From Podarcis tiliguerta (lineage: Eukaryota), in the NCBI GenBank assembly GCA_965153285.1, contig OZ229117.1: a stretch of 64,000 nt of DNA; one strand, given 5' to 3'. How positions within the stretch are numbered: the stretch's first letter is position 1; the number at the start of each line of letters is the position of its first letter. A model generated the notes under the pieces. That model was given only the letters and a program-made list of their open reading frames with translations. It was not told the origin of the DNA and did not search any database. The position numbers and the translations under genes were made by a program. Shown in pieces: positions 12,601-26,400 of this stretch.

Positions 12601-15600
12601 TGTATCATAAAAATATAGCCTGCACCTCACAGGGCAGTTAGTAAGGAATCTTCTTTCTATTATCTGTTCTCTCTTACTCTTAATATTATTAACACTACAA
12701 CTGTTTTAGCAAACCTGGAGACAGGGAATTCAGTTTAGGCCTGGGTAGAGTAACCTTTCACAAGATACCCTCCCACGTCCTGGTAATAGGAATACTACAG
12801 TAAATTCTAGTACTCATTCTACCTGAACAGTTCACCTAATTCCAGATTGCTTTTCAAGTGACATCTCTGATATCAAAGATAAAAGTGTTGTCGGACTTAT
12901 CAGCATGACTTTAGACCTGAGCAAACACTGTCATATTGGTTGCCAAAATTCTTTTGTTTCCTATAAAACAAGTTTGTAGTATTGAATCTATGTTAGGACA
13001 TACTCTGAAAACTTTTCTCCTTTTTGCTCTTGTATTTTCTCAGCTGCTTCTACAACACCAGCTACCAGCACCACTTGCACAGCTACTGTTCCCCCACAAC
13101 CACAGTACAGTTACCATGACATCAATGTTTACTCCCTGGGAGGGCTAGCTCCACACATTACGCTCAATCCAACGGTAAGCTTTTAGACCTGGTCACTTTG
13201 AGAAGACTTCCACCTTTAGGTTGGAAGGGATAATTTTATGCTTTCTTTCAATGGTGTATAAAAAGTTGACATTGACTTTTGGTTGTTTTGCCTTCTCAGA
13301 TTCCATTGTTCCAGGCCCATCCACAGTTGAAGCAGTGTGTGCGCCAAGCCATAGAGCGTGCAGTCCAAGAACTTGTACATCCTGTGGTGGATCGGTCCAT
13401 TAAAATTGCCATGACTACGTGTGAGCAGATAGTGAGGAAGGATTTTGCACTAGATTCAGAAGAGTCCCGCATGCGTGTAGCGGCACATCACATGATGAGG
13501 AATTTGACTGCTGGTATGGCTATGATCACCTGTAGGGAGCCTTTGTTGATGAGCATAGCTACCAACCTGAAGAACAGCTTTGCCACTGCATTGCGGGTAT
13601 GTTTGCAGTTTATAAGAGACTTTTTTTAAAAGCAGAATAAGCTAAACCCATGTTTTGTGACATTGCATTCTAGCAAGATTTGGCAGTACTCTGTTTCTCT
13701 ACAGGTAGGAGTTAGTTTCATGATGTATCTTAATGCCTTGCTCAGATTCAATAGTATAGAAAGGTGATGAGTATGCGGACAGAACTAGATTTGAAGTGAG
13801 ATGTGTCTGCATTTAACCTACATGTTTTTTAAAATGCAGATAGGATTAAAAGAGAATTTTTTTTGTCAGCTGGGAAGGAAAGGATTCGCGTGTGCACCTT
13901 CTGCCTTCCGCAGGCCTGATAATTATTGCCTCCCCTCAGCAGCTGTTGTTTGCATCCTGAGCTATGAATTGTGCGTTGAAGATTTCTGAAGACCACGTCT
14001 CATCCGTTACCATTTTCCATTGATTGAAATTAATAACCCATTGTTAAATCCAGTCTCAAGTTGTCTCCTTTGTTGTTCTTTACCTTTTCTTTTTTCAGTG
14101 ACGTGCTGTGGAGAACTTCTGTATTTTTTCCGGGAGGGGGGGGAATCCATTGTTCTATAAAATAACAGTGGATAGGGATATTGTCAGTGGATATGGTTTT
14201 TGTAGCTGGCTTGTTATTAAACTAACCATCGTTAGTGTTAAACCACAATTCCAGGTTCAGATGAAACAGGAACCTGTGATCAACAAAAAAAAGGAAGTGA
14301 AAACTTTTGCACTTCTTTTCAGCCATGCAAGAGGAGGGGAGGAGTGATGGGACAAGGGCATGGCTAGCAGGCTCATTCACATTTTGTTAAACTGTTGTTT
14401 AGACTTGTGGCCAATAAGTAGACTTTAGCATTTGCTTTAGTTCATCTGTGAAACAATTCTGCTTGACTTCCTGAACACTTGCTATGTGGCCCATGGTTGA
14501 TGCAGCAACAACTTTAAATAAAGGCTGTGGAAGCAAGTGAAGTTTACAACAAACACACACAGCCTTGCAGCTGTAACTGCGCTAGTTTTTCATGGAGTGA
14601 ATCTTCTTGTGTTCACTTTTCTTGGCATTATAACAGGCATGAGAATGCCCGTTTTGATATTGAGGCTGAATATCAAAAAAAGCACATACATAGAATTGCA
14701 CTAGAAGTATGTAATGTGGGGCACATGCTAATTATTTGGCAGATTTTCCCCCTTTTGTTTATATGTAGATTTTGAATGAAGCATGTAATTTGCTTGGTAG
14801 TTTACTTTATGCTAACTCCATGCAAAGCGATGCCATATTTATAAACATCTGTAACTGACATTATGAGTATTTGCCCATTGTGGGCATAGTCCTTTTTTAA
14901 TGGCTTGCTTTTTAAAATAGGCAGCCTCACCACAGCAGAGGGAGATGATGGAGCAGGCAGCAGCACAGTTAGCCCAAGATAACTGTGAGTTGGCATGCTG
15001 TTTCATTCAGAAGACAGCTGTAGAAAAAGCAGGCCCTGAAATGGACAAGAGGCTGGCCACTGTAAGTATGTTGCAGAGTTTCAGTTAAAGGTTAAATCAT
15101 GTGATTACCAAGTCATTAATCTTTTCTTCTTCTTTTTTTCCAGGAATTTGAGCTCAGAAAACATGCCAGGCAAGAGGGTCGTAGGTACTGTGATCCTGTA
15201 GTATTGACTTATCAGGCTGAACGGATGCCAGAACAGATCAGGTTGAAGGTGCGAAATTAAGAGAATTAAAGTTATGATCAATGCCACAATATCAGTTGGT
15301 AGGCCTTGTTGGAGTCTTCTACTTATCCAAATTTTCCTACGTTCTTTTAAGGTTGGTGGAGTGGACCCAAAGCAGCTAGCTGTTTATGAAGAATTTGCAC
15401 GCAATGTTCCTGGTTTCTTACCAACCAATGACTCAACCCAACCCACAGGAATCCTAGCTCAGCCTATGAAGGTAGAAATCCAGTTCAGATGGTTGAAGTG
15501 ACTCTGAGGTTAAAGTAAACTACACTGTGACCATTTATTTTACAAGTTATTGGAGGCTTCCAGAAAATAGTGAGGTTGCTTATTGTTTGGGCTTGTCTTC

Positions 15601-18156
15601 AAAGCTATACAGTCTAATAGTATTATTTGAAAGTCAGAATGAAATCCCACACAAAGAAATTTAGATTATGAACTCTGTGGGAGCTAATTACGTAAACCAG
15701 TTGACTGATTCCCCCCCCCTTTTAATCCATGACGATTTATCAAACACTTAATACTTTGTTTCATTATAAACTGTTCACAATAAAATCTGCAGATGATTTG
15801 CTGTTTTAGCTAAATGTTAAGTGTAAAAAGTACCAGCCAATATCGCTGTTGAAAGCAGTAATGGAATGAAAAAGTTATTAAGAAATCTGTCATGATAAAT
15901 GGTCAGAATTCTCATTCATTTGCATTCATTTAACTAATAAAGTATTCTTGATTTCTTTTAAATCAGCAAGCCTGGGCAACAGATGATGTAGCACAGATCT
16001 ATGATAAATGTATGGCAGAACTGGAGCAGCACCTTCAGTCCATTCCTCACTCCCTGTCTATGAATCCACAGACTCAAGCCTTACGAAGCCTCTTGGAGGC
16101 TGTTGTTGTGGCTCGTAATTCTCGTGATGCTATTGCAGCCCTTGGACTGCTACAGAAGGTTTGTGTATGAACTTGCTTCATTATATATCTGTGACTCCTG
16201 GGCCATGGAGAGAGGCTCACTTTATCCAAGGCTTTCTACCCTAGAAACATGCACACAGTTACAACATTAAACTACTTGAACTGAGCACAGGATCAGAACA
16301 GTCAGGATTGAATACAGATTATTCTGGGAAAATACGTACTGTTTAAGAAAAGCTGCCTTCCAAGTGGTGAGGAAGGATCCTTCTTTAGTGGATATAGTGG
16401 TTCCTCCTGCCATCTGCTGTTTTTTGCTGTGTTTTCTGGGCTGTTGTGTAGGAGGCTTTAAAACAGTTGCTTGGGAATGTCTGTCATTAGAAGCCCTTTT
16501 ACCGCCCAATTGCCGCATTCCCTTGTGGGCTACTCTTCCAGAGCTTGAGTGCTGGTGGTGAGCATTGTTGGAGGCAAAAGCACAAGGAGCAACTGCGATG
16601 ATGATGATAATGGGCTGCATGCATACTATGCAAAAGCCACAATGCATTGTCTCTCGAGAGCAAAACAGTGCGATTCCTCTCCAAATGACTCAGTAAGATG
16701 TTGCTTTTAAGTGTTTGCTACTCTTCCTACAGGCAGTTGAAGGTTTGTTAGATGCCACCAGTGGTGCAGATGCTGACCTCCTCCTCCGCTACCGGGAATG
16801 TCACTTGCTTGTTTTAAAAGCACTGCAGGATGGCCGTGCTTATGGGTCTCCGTGGTGCAACAAGCAGATTACAAGGTCAGTGATGAAAGAATAAAGCTTT
16901 GAAGGCTGTAGAAGCTCTATTTAAATACAATTATTTAAATATATTCTGATTTTGGCCAACATAAGGATTTCACCTAGTAAGTTACTTCCCTGTATCCCAC
17001 TAAGTTACACAATGAGTTGCATGATAAGTGCCATATGGATTCAGTAGTCAAGGGTTTGGGGCTTTCTCCTAAAATAGGGTATTGGTGTGAGAATTAAGTT
17101 TGGTGATAAAAGAGGCAAACTAAATACCATTCATGCAACTTAAACAAAACTGACCCCTGGTCTGGATTGAGAGTCTGGTGTGGCGGCGGGGCTTTAAACA
17201 TTTGTGTCCCGTCCCCCCATTGCAGTTCCTATTTGAATTGGAGAGCCTGCACCTGCTACCTTCATTCAGAGATCAACTTCCATTCATGCAGTGGAAGTTT
17301 CATTAAACTGTGGCAGGTGCAGGGGACATGAGCCGTACTAGGGCCCCAATTCAGATCCCTACCCTATTTGCTTTTAAAAAAAAAAAAAAAAAAAAAGCCA
17401 TTCACACAACTGCTAGTTTCATCTGGTTTGGATCTAAAACTTGCAGTATGAATATTTTTAGATTCCTAAAATAGTTATTCTGTGACTTTGTGGTTTTACA
17501 TTGTTATAAGCTTTTGTGAATAGGGCAGCTGGACTTTAATCTGCTCTTTCATCTTCAGCTACAAAGTCTGTTGGCTTTCTTAACATGGGGCAGTTACAGT
17601 CAGCTGGTGTTTCTGAAATGAATGTGTGGAATAATTAGAGAGGAAGCTACCTCTCTGTGTGTTTTGAAACTTGAGACTGAGGAGAAAACAAAGTTAACAC
17701 AAGAAAACATCTAATTTTTCCAGGTGCCTGATAGAATGTCGAGATGAATATAAATACAATGTAGAAGCAGTGGAGCTACTGATCCGTAACCACCTAGTTA
17801 ACATGCAGCAGTATGACCTCCACCTGGCTCAGGTGAGATACTGCCGCCAAGTTAGTTATTAAATCTCTGCTTATGCTTTAGAAAGAAAACTGTTCACATT
17901 CTTGCCTCCTTTTTCTTGACAGTCAATGGAGAATGGCTTGAACTACATGGCAGTGGCATTTGCAATGCAGCTGGTGAAAATCCTCTTGGTGGATGAAAGA
18001 AGTGTTGCTCACATAACCGAAGCAGATCTGTTTCACACCATTGAAACTTTGATGAGAATTAATGCTCACTCCAGAGGGAATGCACCAGAAGGGTAATGCT
18101 AAGAGTGTTGAGTGCCAGTGAAGAAATGTTTCCTGCTAGTGCAAGTTTGGCAGTGG

Positions 18157-18190
<34 letters not shown>

Positions 18191-21100
18191 GATGAAGTGA
18201 GGCTCTGCCATTCCTGTCCACTCCTTTTACCTTGTGGGATCACTGTGTAATATCTACTGTGCTTCAGAGTGCCATCCCCCACCCAGTCCTGAATCTCCAT
18301 TTTTAACGAACTATGTAGAGTGTAATCTACAAAATACAAGCTTGCTTTAACCATTGTTTAGTTTTCTATTTAATCCAGGCACAACTTTGATTTATTATGG
18401 GCCATCGCACATTTCCTTCCAATTAAGGATCATACTACATATTTGGAAGTACCATGTGATATGTCTTCTGAGACTGTTGCCACTTTAGCAACAGTAGTCA
18501 GAGGAGATTTGAATGCTCTTCCACATCAGAAACTTGGTGAACATATAAAAAAATTGCCACCTTGGGGAAAAGACTGGAATCCCTTTCTCTGGTTTGCAGT
18601 TTTCCAGTGTTTAGGGAGTTGCACGTATTGAGGAACATTCAGACATGGATTCTCCCACCTACTGTCTGAAATTGCCATCTGGTAGATTAGAATATGTAAT
18701 TCAGACCTTAAGTTTGCTGCAGGCAGGACTGACATGCCTTTTTAGGCCTGCGGTATTAGGCATGGTTTTGTGGAAGTAAGCCCTAGTGTGACACCTTTAA
18801 ATCTTCATTCTGGAAGGTAGTGATGAATACACTGAGGGTGTAGTAATAAGTGACAGATCAAAGGTTTTGAAAAGCAATATACCCACCATCTCTGAAGCAC
18901 TTGTAGTCCACTCTCCTAGATGTCTTGGACTGAAGGACAGAGGCCATTCTTTTCTGTTCTTGCCCAACTACAGCAGATCCATTCCCTAATGCCAGGCACT
19001 AGACTAGGTCACCTCACTTTTTATCTCCAAATTTATCTGGCAGTAATAGGGCACATTTCATTCAGATTCTTACTGTGTTTCTTTGAAGCTTATGTCATGG
19101 AGCCATTGTGGGTTAGTGGATGGCATGTTGGACTTAAATCTAGGCGACTTTGGTTCAAAGGTCTGCTGAACCAAGATGCCAACTGGGCTCCCAACTCTTG
19201 CCCCTAGACCACGTCATAGTTTTGGTTGCAATAATATAATAACATATTGTATGCTATCTCTGTGGGACAAAGGATGTGATGCAAATGTTTGAAATACAAT
19301 GCTGTTGATTGTGGGGTATTTTTTAAAAATTATGCACATAGCACAAGTAATCTAAACCCAAGCATGTTCATTCTGGATCTCTCATAGGTTGCCCCAGCTG
19401 ATGGAAGTGGTACGGTCCAACTATGAAGCCATGATTGACCGTGCTCATGGAGGGCCAAATTTCATGATGCATTCTGGGATCTCTCAGGCCTCTGAGTATG
19501 ATGATCCCCCTGGCCTGAGGGAGAAGGCAGAATATCTCCTGAGGGAGTGGGTGAATCTCTACCACTCTGCAGCAGCTGGGCGTGACAGCACCAAAGCATT
19601 CTCTGCATTTGTTGGACAGGTAGAGCTTGGGGAAAGAAAGGTGCTTTTTATTCAACATAAGTAGGTTATGATGCCCTTGGATCAAGTAGAGTACTATGTA
19701 ATATCGATTTCCCCTTTTTAAAAATTCCACTTTGCATGATGGCAGTACGTGCAACATGTCATATCAGTGTAGTGAAACGTGTTAGTAAATACTTGTTTCT
19801 TTATGCTAGCCAGTATCATGATGCTGGGGGCTCTCCACTGCATCCACTAGAAGGTTGTGTTCTTTAAATGAAGAAAGACCTGGCTGAGAGGGACTGCATA
19901 CCATGGGGCGGTGGTCAGCAAGGAAAAGATTCCCAGTGCCCCACAGACTCTTTGGGTTTCTCAGGGTGGAGGATGTGTTCTTGCTCCAAGGAGAGAAACC
20001 TAAGAAGCTAGGGCAGAGCACGTACCTGAGCAGCAGCTGCCACCGCCAGTGGGCACTTCGTGCAGCTCTTGACAGTCCCGAGGGTCTTCCACTCATTTAT
20101 TTCGTGCCCAAAGGAAACAGCTGCTCTTCTGAATTCAGATGTAGAGGTCATGTGGGATATGCTCCAAGAAGAATCCCTGTGCCCTAAGGGTGTGGCCTTG
20201 GGTCAACCACCCTGAAGGGGAGGGTGACTGCCACCAGCCAGGTATGGCCACTGCTTGTACATTGATGCAGTTTCCTTAACTCAGTTTCTCCCCCCACCCC
20301 CGGTGACTCTATGTTACAGATGTTAGAGAGGTGTTTGCAAAAGCTAGAATCTCTTTACATATGTAGGCATGGAATATGGCAAGTAATTTGCCAGTTTTTT
20401 ACTCTGCTACCACAGTCATCCTTCCGAGGTGCCAAAACTTCTTTGCTGCCTTATTTTAGTTGCATTTCAAGTAGCCACTTCACTGCCTGCTTGCATATGT
20501 GAATAAAGTAAATTGCAGGTCCTCTTCCAGATAGAAATGTATTTATTAAGACTGCAGAAACAGTGGTACTTGCCATTAGAGTTTTGCCTTATTGGTGTAT
20601 GGAGCACTTTGAAAACAGTGGCTATGAAAACTATTCAGTACTATTGAGGACAGCAAAATTTCACATGCCTTTGCCCCCAGATCCCTAGACATCTACCCGA
20701 AAAAGTTGCAGTGTCTCTGAAATGCAACATAATTTGCCTAAATAATACACAAGTAAAACCAATAAAGATGTGTAGGGAATAAACTGAAAATCAGGTCTGC
20801 CTTCAGTGTTACGCTGACCCCTGCAAAATGCCAAAGTGAATGGATCACTGATGAATGGAGCCCTGTTGTTCAGTAGCAGAATTTTCTGTTCATATTTGCC
20901 ACTTTAGTTGCTCTGCATTCTAGAGATTATTGCTTATGAAAAGGGTTTTGAATGCTTTCATAATGAGAATTTCATCCTGAATAACCTTTGCTTTAAAAAT
21001 TGTGATATCGGATCTTGTAAGTGAAATATCTATCGACAATTTACTTATGAAACCGACAGGAGTAGCAATCCATTCTCATGGGCCTACGTTCCTAAGAGGG

Positions 21101-23407
21101 GTAGTCTTAACCCTCCTACACCATGTAGCTTCCCTGCCTAGAATTTCACTTCACTACTTTTCCTGAGCACTTTCCTCCTACCCTCATGTGGAAGGGACCA
21201 TTCACTTCTGCATCCTAGTCTAGCAGTGTGTCCCTGGAGGAGAAGCATGACTAATTGGACCTCTCAACACTGCAGAATTGATGTGTGGTATTCTGCATAA
21301 AGCACAGCTTCCATAGTTCCAGTCTACTCTGGAATGGTATTGCTCCTTCATATTCCAGTGTTTTGGAATGTACTATAGAAACCTTGAGAGAAGGAGATTG
21401 TCTATTGCACTTAATTCCTGTTTTCAGTGTCATCCAGAGGGTATTCCACCGGCCATTGTTTCCTGTGGGCCAAGCTTTGCTCTGAGGCTTCTGCCTCACT
21501 GCACAGATGGGAAGCTGCTCCTCATGTTTTTGCTGCATGTGTGCTTGGGTTATTGTGTGCAGGTTGTTGGTTCTTTTAAGGCATTTAGAGTTTATTTTTG
21601 CTCTGCCAGTCCAGTCTAGGAAGATCAAGATGATGGCCATGTCTGCTGCTCCAGGTGGAGGTGCTATCCCACTGGTTGGGAATGCCCTCCAGGAGAAGCA
21701 GAACAGGAATTCACAGTAAGAAATGTCCCTTTCTGCATATAGCATACAGCATCAGTAATGCCTACATACAGAGGCAACATGGGTGTTGTGTTTACTTCCT
21801 TGCCAGCATAGTTTCCTTTTCCACCTGGTTCCTGGATGTAGATGTTACCAGTGTGGTGTAGGACCTGATTACATAGAAAGGATCTTATGCTACTATGGTT
21901 GGTAATGTAGGAATTGACCATTAAGAAGCATCACCAGCCTTTTCTGTGCCAAACTGCAGTGTTACAGTCTAGCCCACTTGCTTTCCATCATGTCTAGATA
22001 GAACATTACTAGCTTGATTTTAGAAAAAAGAGGAGTTCTTTAGGTCTGAGTCTACCTTTTCCCCCATTACAGATGCATCAGCAAGGAATCCTGAAAACCG
22101 ATGATTTGATCACACGATTCTTCCGTCTTTGCACTGAAATGTGTGTTGAGATCAGCTATCGTGCTCAAGCTGAGCAGCAGCACAACCCCGCTGCCAATCC
22201 CACCATGATCCGTGCCAAGTGTTACCACAACCTGGATGCCTTTGTGCGCCTCATTGCACTGCTGGTGAAGCACTCTGGGGAGGCCACCAACACAGTCACC
22301 AAGATCAACTTGCTCAACAAGGTTGGGAGCACCCTTCCCTGCCCCCAGTACCCATCTATCTTGAGTTTAGCTGGTTGTGAGAATGGGTAGTATATTTTAG
22401 AATTGTGATGACTGAGGCTGGTGGGAGTTGTAGTCCATGGGGCCAGGTTGGCAAAGGTTTACTTATTAAATGAATGGGAACTGGTGCAGCATGTTTTTTT
22501 ATGAACACAGACTAGGAGTTCCATGTTTTAAAATCGTGATCCATCTATGGATGGTGTTTGGCAGGCAATTGCCTTCTCTGTAAAAGGGATCCTTAGCTGC
22601 ATTGTAAAGAATTTCAGTGTACTATGCAGGATGTACTTGGAGCACTTAGGAAAAGCATTACATAAATTCTGAATAAGGGTTTGAGATGTGCATATCTCTC
22701 GTTCACTTACATGTGAAAGGGCAGAAAACATTATTGTAAAGTTGCAGTCAAGATCGCCAGTTTGTTGTATTGTCTTCAAAAAATACTGAGTATGTGCATG
22801 AATTCCAGTTGGCATTGCAGTAATTATAAGCATACATAAAAGCTGCATTCTGAGCACATTGCCTTTTTTACCTCTAGGTTCTTGGGATAGTTGTGGGAGT
22901 CCTTTTGCAGGATCATGATGTTCGTCAAAGTGAATTCCAGCAGCTTCCCTACCACCGCATTTTCATCATGTTGCTGTTAGAATTAAATGCTCCTGAACAT
23001 GTCCTGGAAACCATAAACTTTCAGACACTCACAGCCTTCTGGTAGGTATCATTTAATTGGACACTTTGGGTCTTTTCAAACTCTAGAGTTCTATGATTTG
23101 CATTGAGTCTACACCAGTTCACTTTAGTTAACACTAATCTTGTGTAATTTTAAATACGTTGATATACTTGGAGTCTATTTTGGTTACTGAGTTGTTCCGC
23201 CTGGCCTTTGGCTTGGAGCCAATTTGATTCCCTCCCTCCCTCTCTTTCTTTTTTCTTTTCCTTCTCCTCCTGCGATGAGGCTACATTTTAATATTTTAAT
23301 GTTTCAATATTTTAATGTTGTTTTTAAGTTGTAATCATTCAACTTGTTTTTATTATTGCTTGTAAGCCGCTCTGAGCCCTGCCTTGGCTGGGGAGGGCGG
23401 GGTATAA

Positions 23408-23439
<32 letters not shown>

Positions 23440-26400
23440 TGGAATAATTGCACATTAAGAAAACTTGTGGGCATATGTGGGATTCTTTCCCTACGCGGAC
23501 TGTTCTCTAGTCTATGGAACCGATGCTTCTCAGCCTCTTGGTGTGAGGGAAGGGTTTTTATACTGTTCTGTCTTAATCTCTGTGCAGTCCCACATTGGGA
23601 TCTGCAGCTGTGGAGCTGGATTTAGAACATTCTAGAGCTTTAGCCAGACTCAATTCCTGGTCAAGTTGGGACATTGATCCTGTGTTCCACTCAGGAGATG
23701 GTGCTATTCTAGTTGTACAGACTGCCATCTGGACACCTATGGGAATTTATGGCAACTAAAACACTCCTTTACTTTAGTGGATCTGTTTATTAAAACTATG
23801 ATTCCTATATGATACATTATGGTCTTGGATCTTAATTATGCATCTTTTACTACATTTGAATGGTTTGGGGCCACCATCATTCCTTGGAGAAATATTTGAT
23901 GCACTTTTAAAATAAATGGCAAACTTGTAACCCTGGGGGTGGGCAGGGAGATTTAAATTTCCTAGTATAGTGCCATAGAACAAATCACATCCTCCCCGAT
24001 CATCAGCTTGAACATTTGATGTGCAGGAAGGGGCTGATAACCTGCCCTTTTCATCTGATCTGCATGAGTCAGCTGGAGGCTCACAAACGCCCACTGCTGC
24101 TGGCATTTGGCCCTGTAGGGTTGGCCAAGAGTGAATGCTGGCTCTTGGTCCTTAAAATGTTTAACCACCTCTGCCTGATTTAGACTTCAAAGATGGTCTC
24201 AGTTCAATGCAGATTCTTGGCAGTGCTTTAAACAAATCTGACACAAAGCTTGTGTTGTATGTTTTTATTTCAGTAACACATTTCACATCCTGAGACCTAC
24301 AAAAGCTCCAGGTTTTGTTTATGCTTGGCTAGAATTGATCTCCCATCGGATATTTATTGCAAGAATGCTGGCACATACACCACAGCAGAAGGTGTGGCTG
24401 CAGTTTATCTTCTGTAACTTACGAAGCTTCCAAAGGGAATAAGGATGCATCTTGGTTTGCAGGTTTTGTTTAACTAGAATGACTTTATGCCATTTAAATT
24501 TCTGATGTCTGCTTTTAAGGTCTTTACCATATTCCCACAACGTAGCTGCTAAGAGCTGATTACCTGAAGAGGTCCAGAAACCTCAGCAGGACGGATTAAA
24601 AATGGGATTTTAATCCTCATCCCTTAAAAAACCCAGCCTGGTAAAATTCAGTCTGAATACAAGAATGTTAAACGTTCACTTTTAACCCTTAAAACTGAAT
24701 CATCCTTCAGTCAAATACACTGGCTGCCTTTGCATGGAACATTAGATTCAGGAGTGTGCTTTAAAGCAAACCATGGTTAATTAAACAGGCCAACTTTATA
24801 ACCTGTGGCTTGAAGTTGATTTGTTTTGAAACTTAGCAGTGTTTTAAACTTAGATTCCTATTTCATACATAACTCTTAAGTTTTGTAAAAGTAAAAACTA
24901 TACCCTGCCAGCCTCCCAGCTGTGTGGGAGAAGGAAGTAGGAGAAATATGGTTATATGCTACAATTGTTATGAGCTTGATAGTGTGGTTGCAGTGGTGGT
25001 GGTGAGTGAGGCTCGATATATCATGGCATGTACTGGGATTCAGTGCTTGTCTCTGTAGGATGTGATCCAGTATTATTGCTAAGAGGGCCTTCCTTCCACT
25101 AGTTCTACCTGTGTGATCTTGACTAAAGTGCATATTTTATGTACTTTTTATCTCAGTTCTCAATTTAAGAATACCCTTCCTCTCTGTTAAAAAAAGGACA
25201 GTACTTTTTAATCTTCTGAAAATAAACTGTTCTGCCTATTAATTACCAGCCTTTGCTTCTGAAAATGCTTGGCCCTTTAGTTGTCTCTGAGCAGACAAAG
25301 ACAATTGTGCAAAGGTACATGAGCTGCAATGGACAAATTCCTTATTTTGTTTCTAGGCAGGGGCAAGGGAGGAGGATTGTGCAATGTAAGAGAAAGAGAG
25401 GTTAAAAATATTTTCTATTTAAAATGAATATTTAAATCAGTTTACTCCAGCAGCCATAGATGTTAAACAGAAGTTTGAAATAACTTGCAAGGAACCATTT
25501 GCAGCTTTGTAGGTTGTATCAAGCTTCTGAGAGTCCACAGCTGCACTGCATTGGGGCAGATGTGACCAAGTCTTTCCAGTAAATCTCACTCGTTCTTCCA
25601 TTTCCCTTAAGTCCAGAATTCAACCCCTACAGTGCCCCTTATTATACATAATTGGCTGGTTTCACTATGGATTTCATATTTCAGGTAGCCCTGACAGATT
25701 AAAGAATAATGTATTATACTGCTTTGTAATATGCAAGTTGTTAGTTCTACCAACAATGTTAAGTGGGATTCAGTTCAGACATTATAGTAAATATGTTAGC
25801 AAATATCGTATAACTCTTATCATGTAAATTCTCTTTCCAGGGGTGGCCTATGTATGCTCAGCTGTTGATAGATCTGTTTAAATATTTGGCTCCTTTCCTG
25901 AGGAATGTGGAACTTGCCAAACCTATGCAAATTCTGTACAAGGTAAGTAGAATTTAGAATAGAGCAGAAGAGAATTTGTTACAATTCAGTGATGGTCTGG
26001 ATTATTTTCCCAGCACAATTGTAGCTTCACAGTAAAGTTCAAATCATACAGCCCTTTTCCATGGGATTGTGGATGAGGAAATTGACCTGTGTGTGTAAAA
26101 AGTGTGTCACCAACATGAAACATTTGGAAAGCTCTGATAATAGTGTTGGCTGAGATGTTTTGCATAGATTTAGCAAAGATACTTAGTTCTCTTTCCCCCC
26201 GTGTTTTGTAGGGTACTCTGCGTGTGTTGTTGGTCCTGTTACATGACTTCCCAGAATTCCTCTGTGACTATCATTATGGTTTCTGCGATGTGATTCCTCC
26301 AAACTGTATTCAGCTAAGGAATCTGATACTGAGTGCCTTCCCACGTAATATGAGGCTTCCAGATCCCTTTACTCCCAACCTTAAGGTAATGTACAAGGCT

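Noticed and set aside
13668-13825. H/ACA-like two-hairpin arrangement ending ACCT-ACA-TGT
   Set aside because: The 3' hairpin pocket is only about 7 nt from the ACA box (canonical 14-16) and the 5' hairpin is weak
16530-16700. Acceptor and donor-like sites (TTCCAG|, CA|GTAAGA) before CNOT1 exon 16733
   Set aside because: The donor is only 40 nt from the next acceptor, too short for an intron, and the frame has a stop
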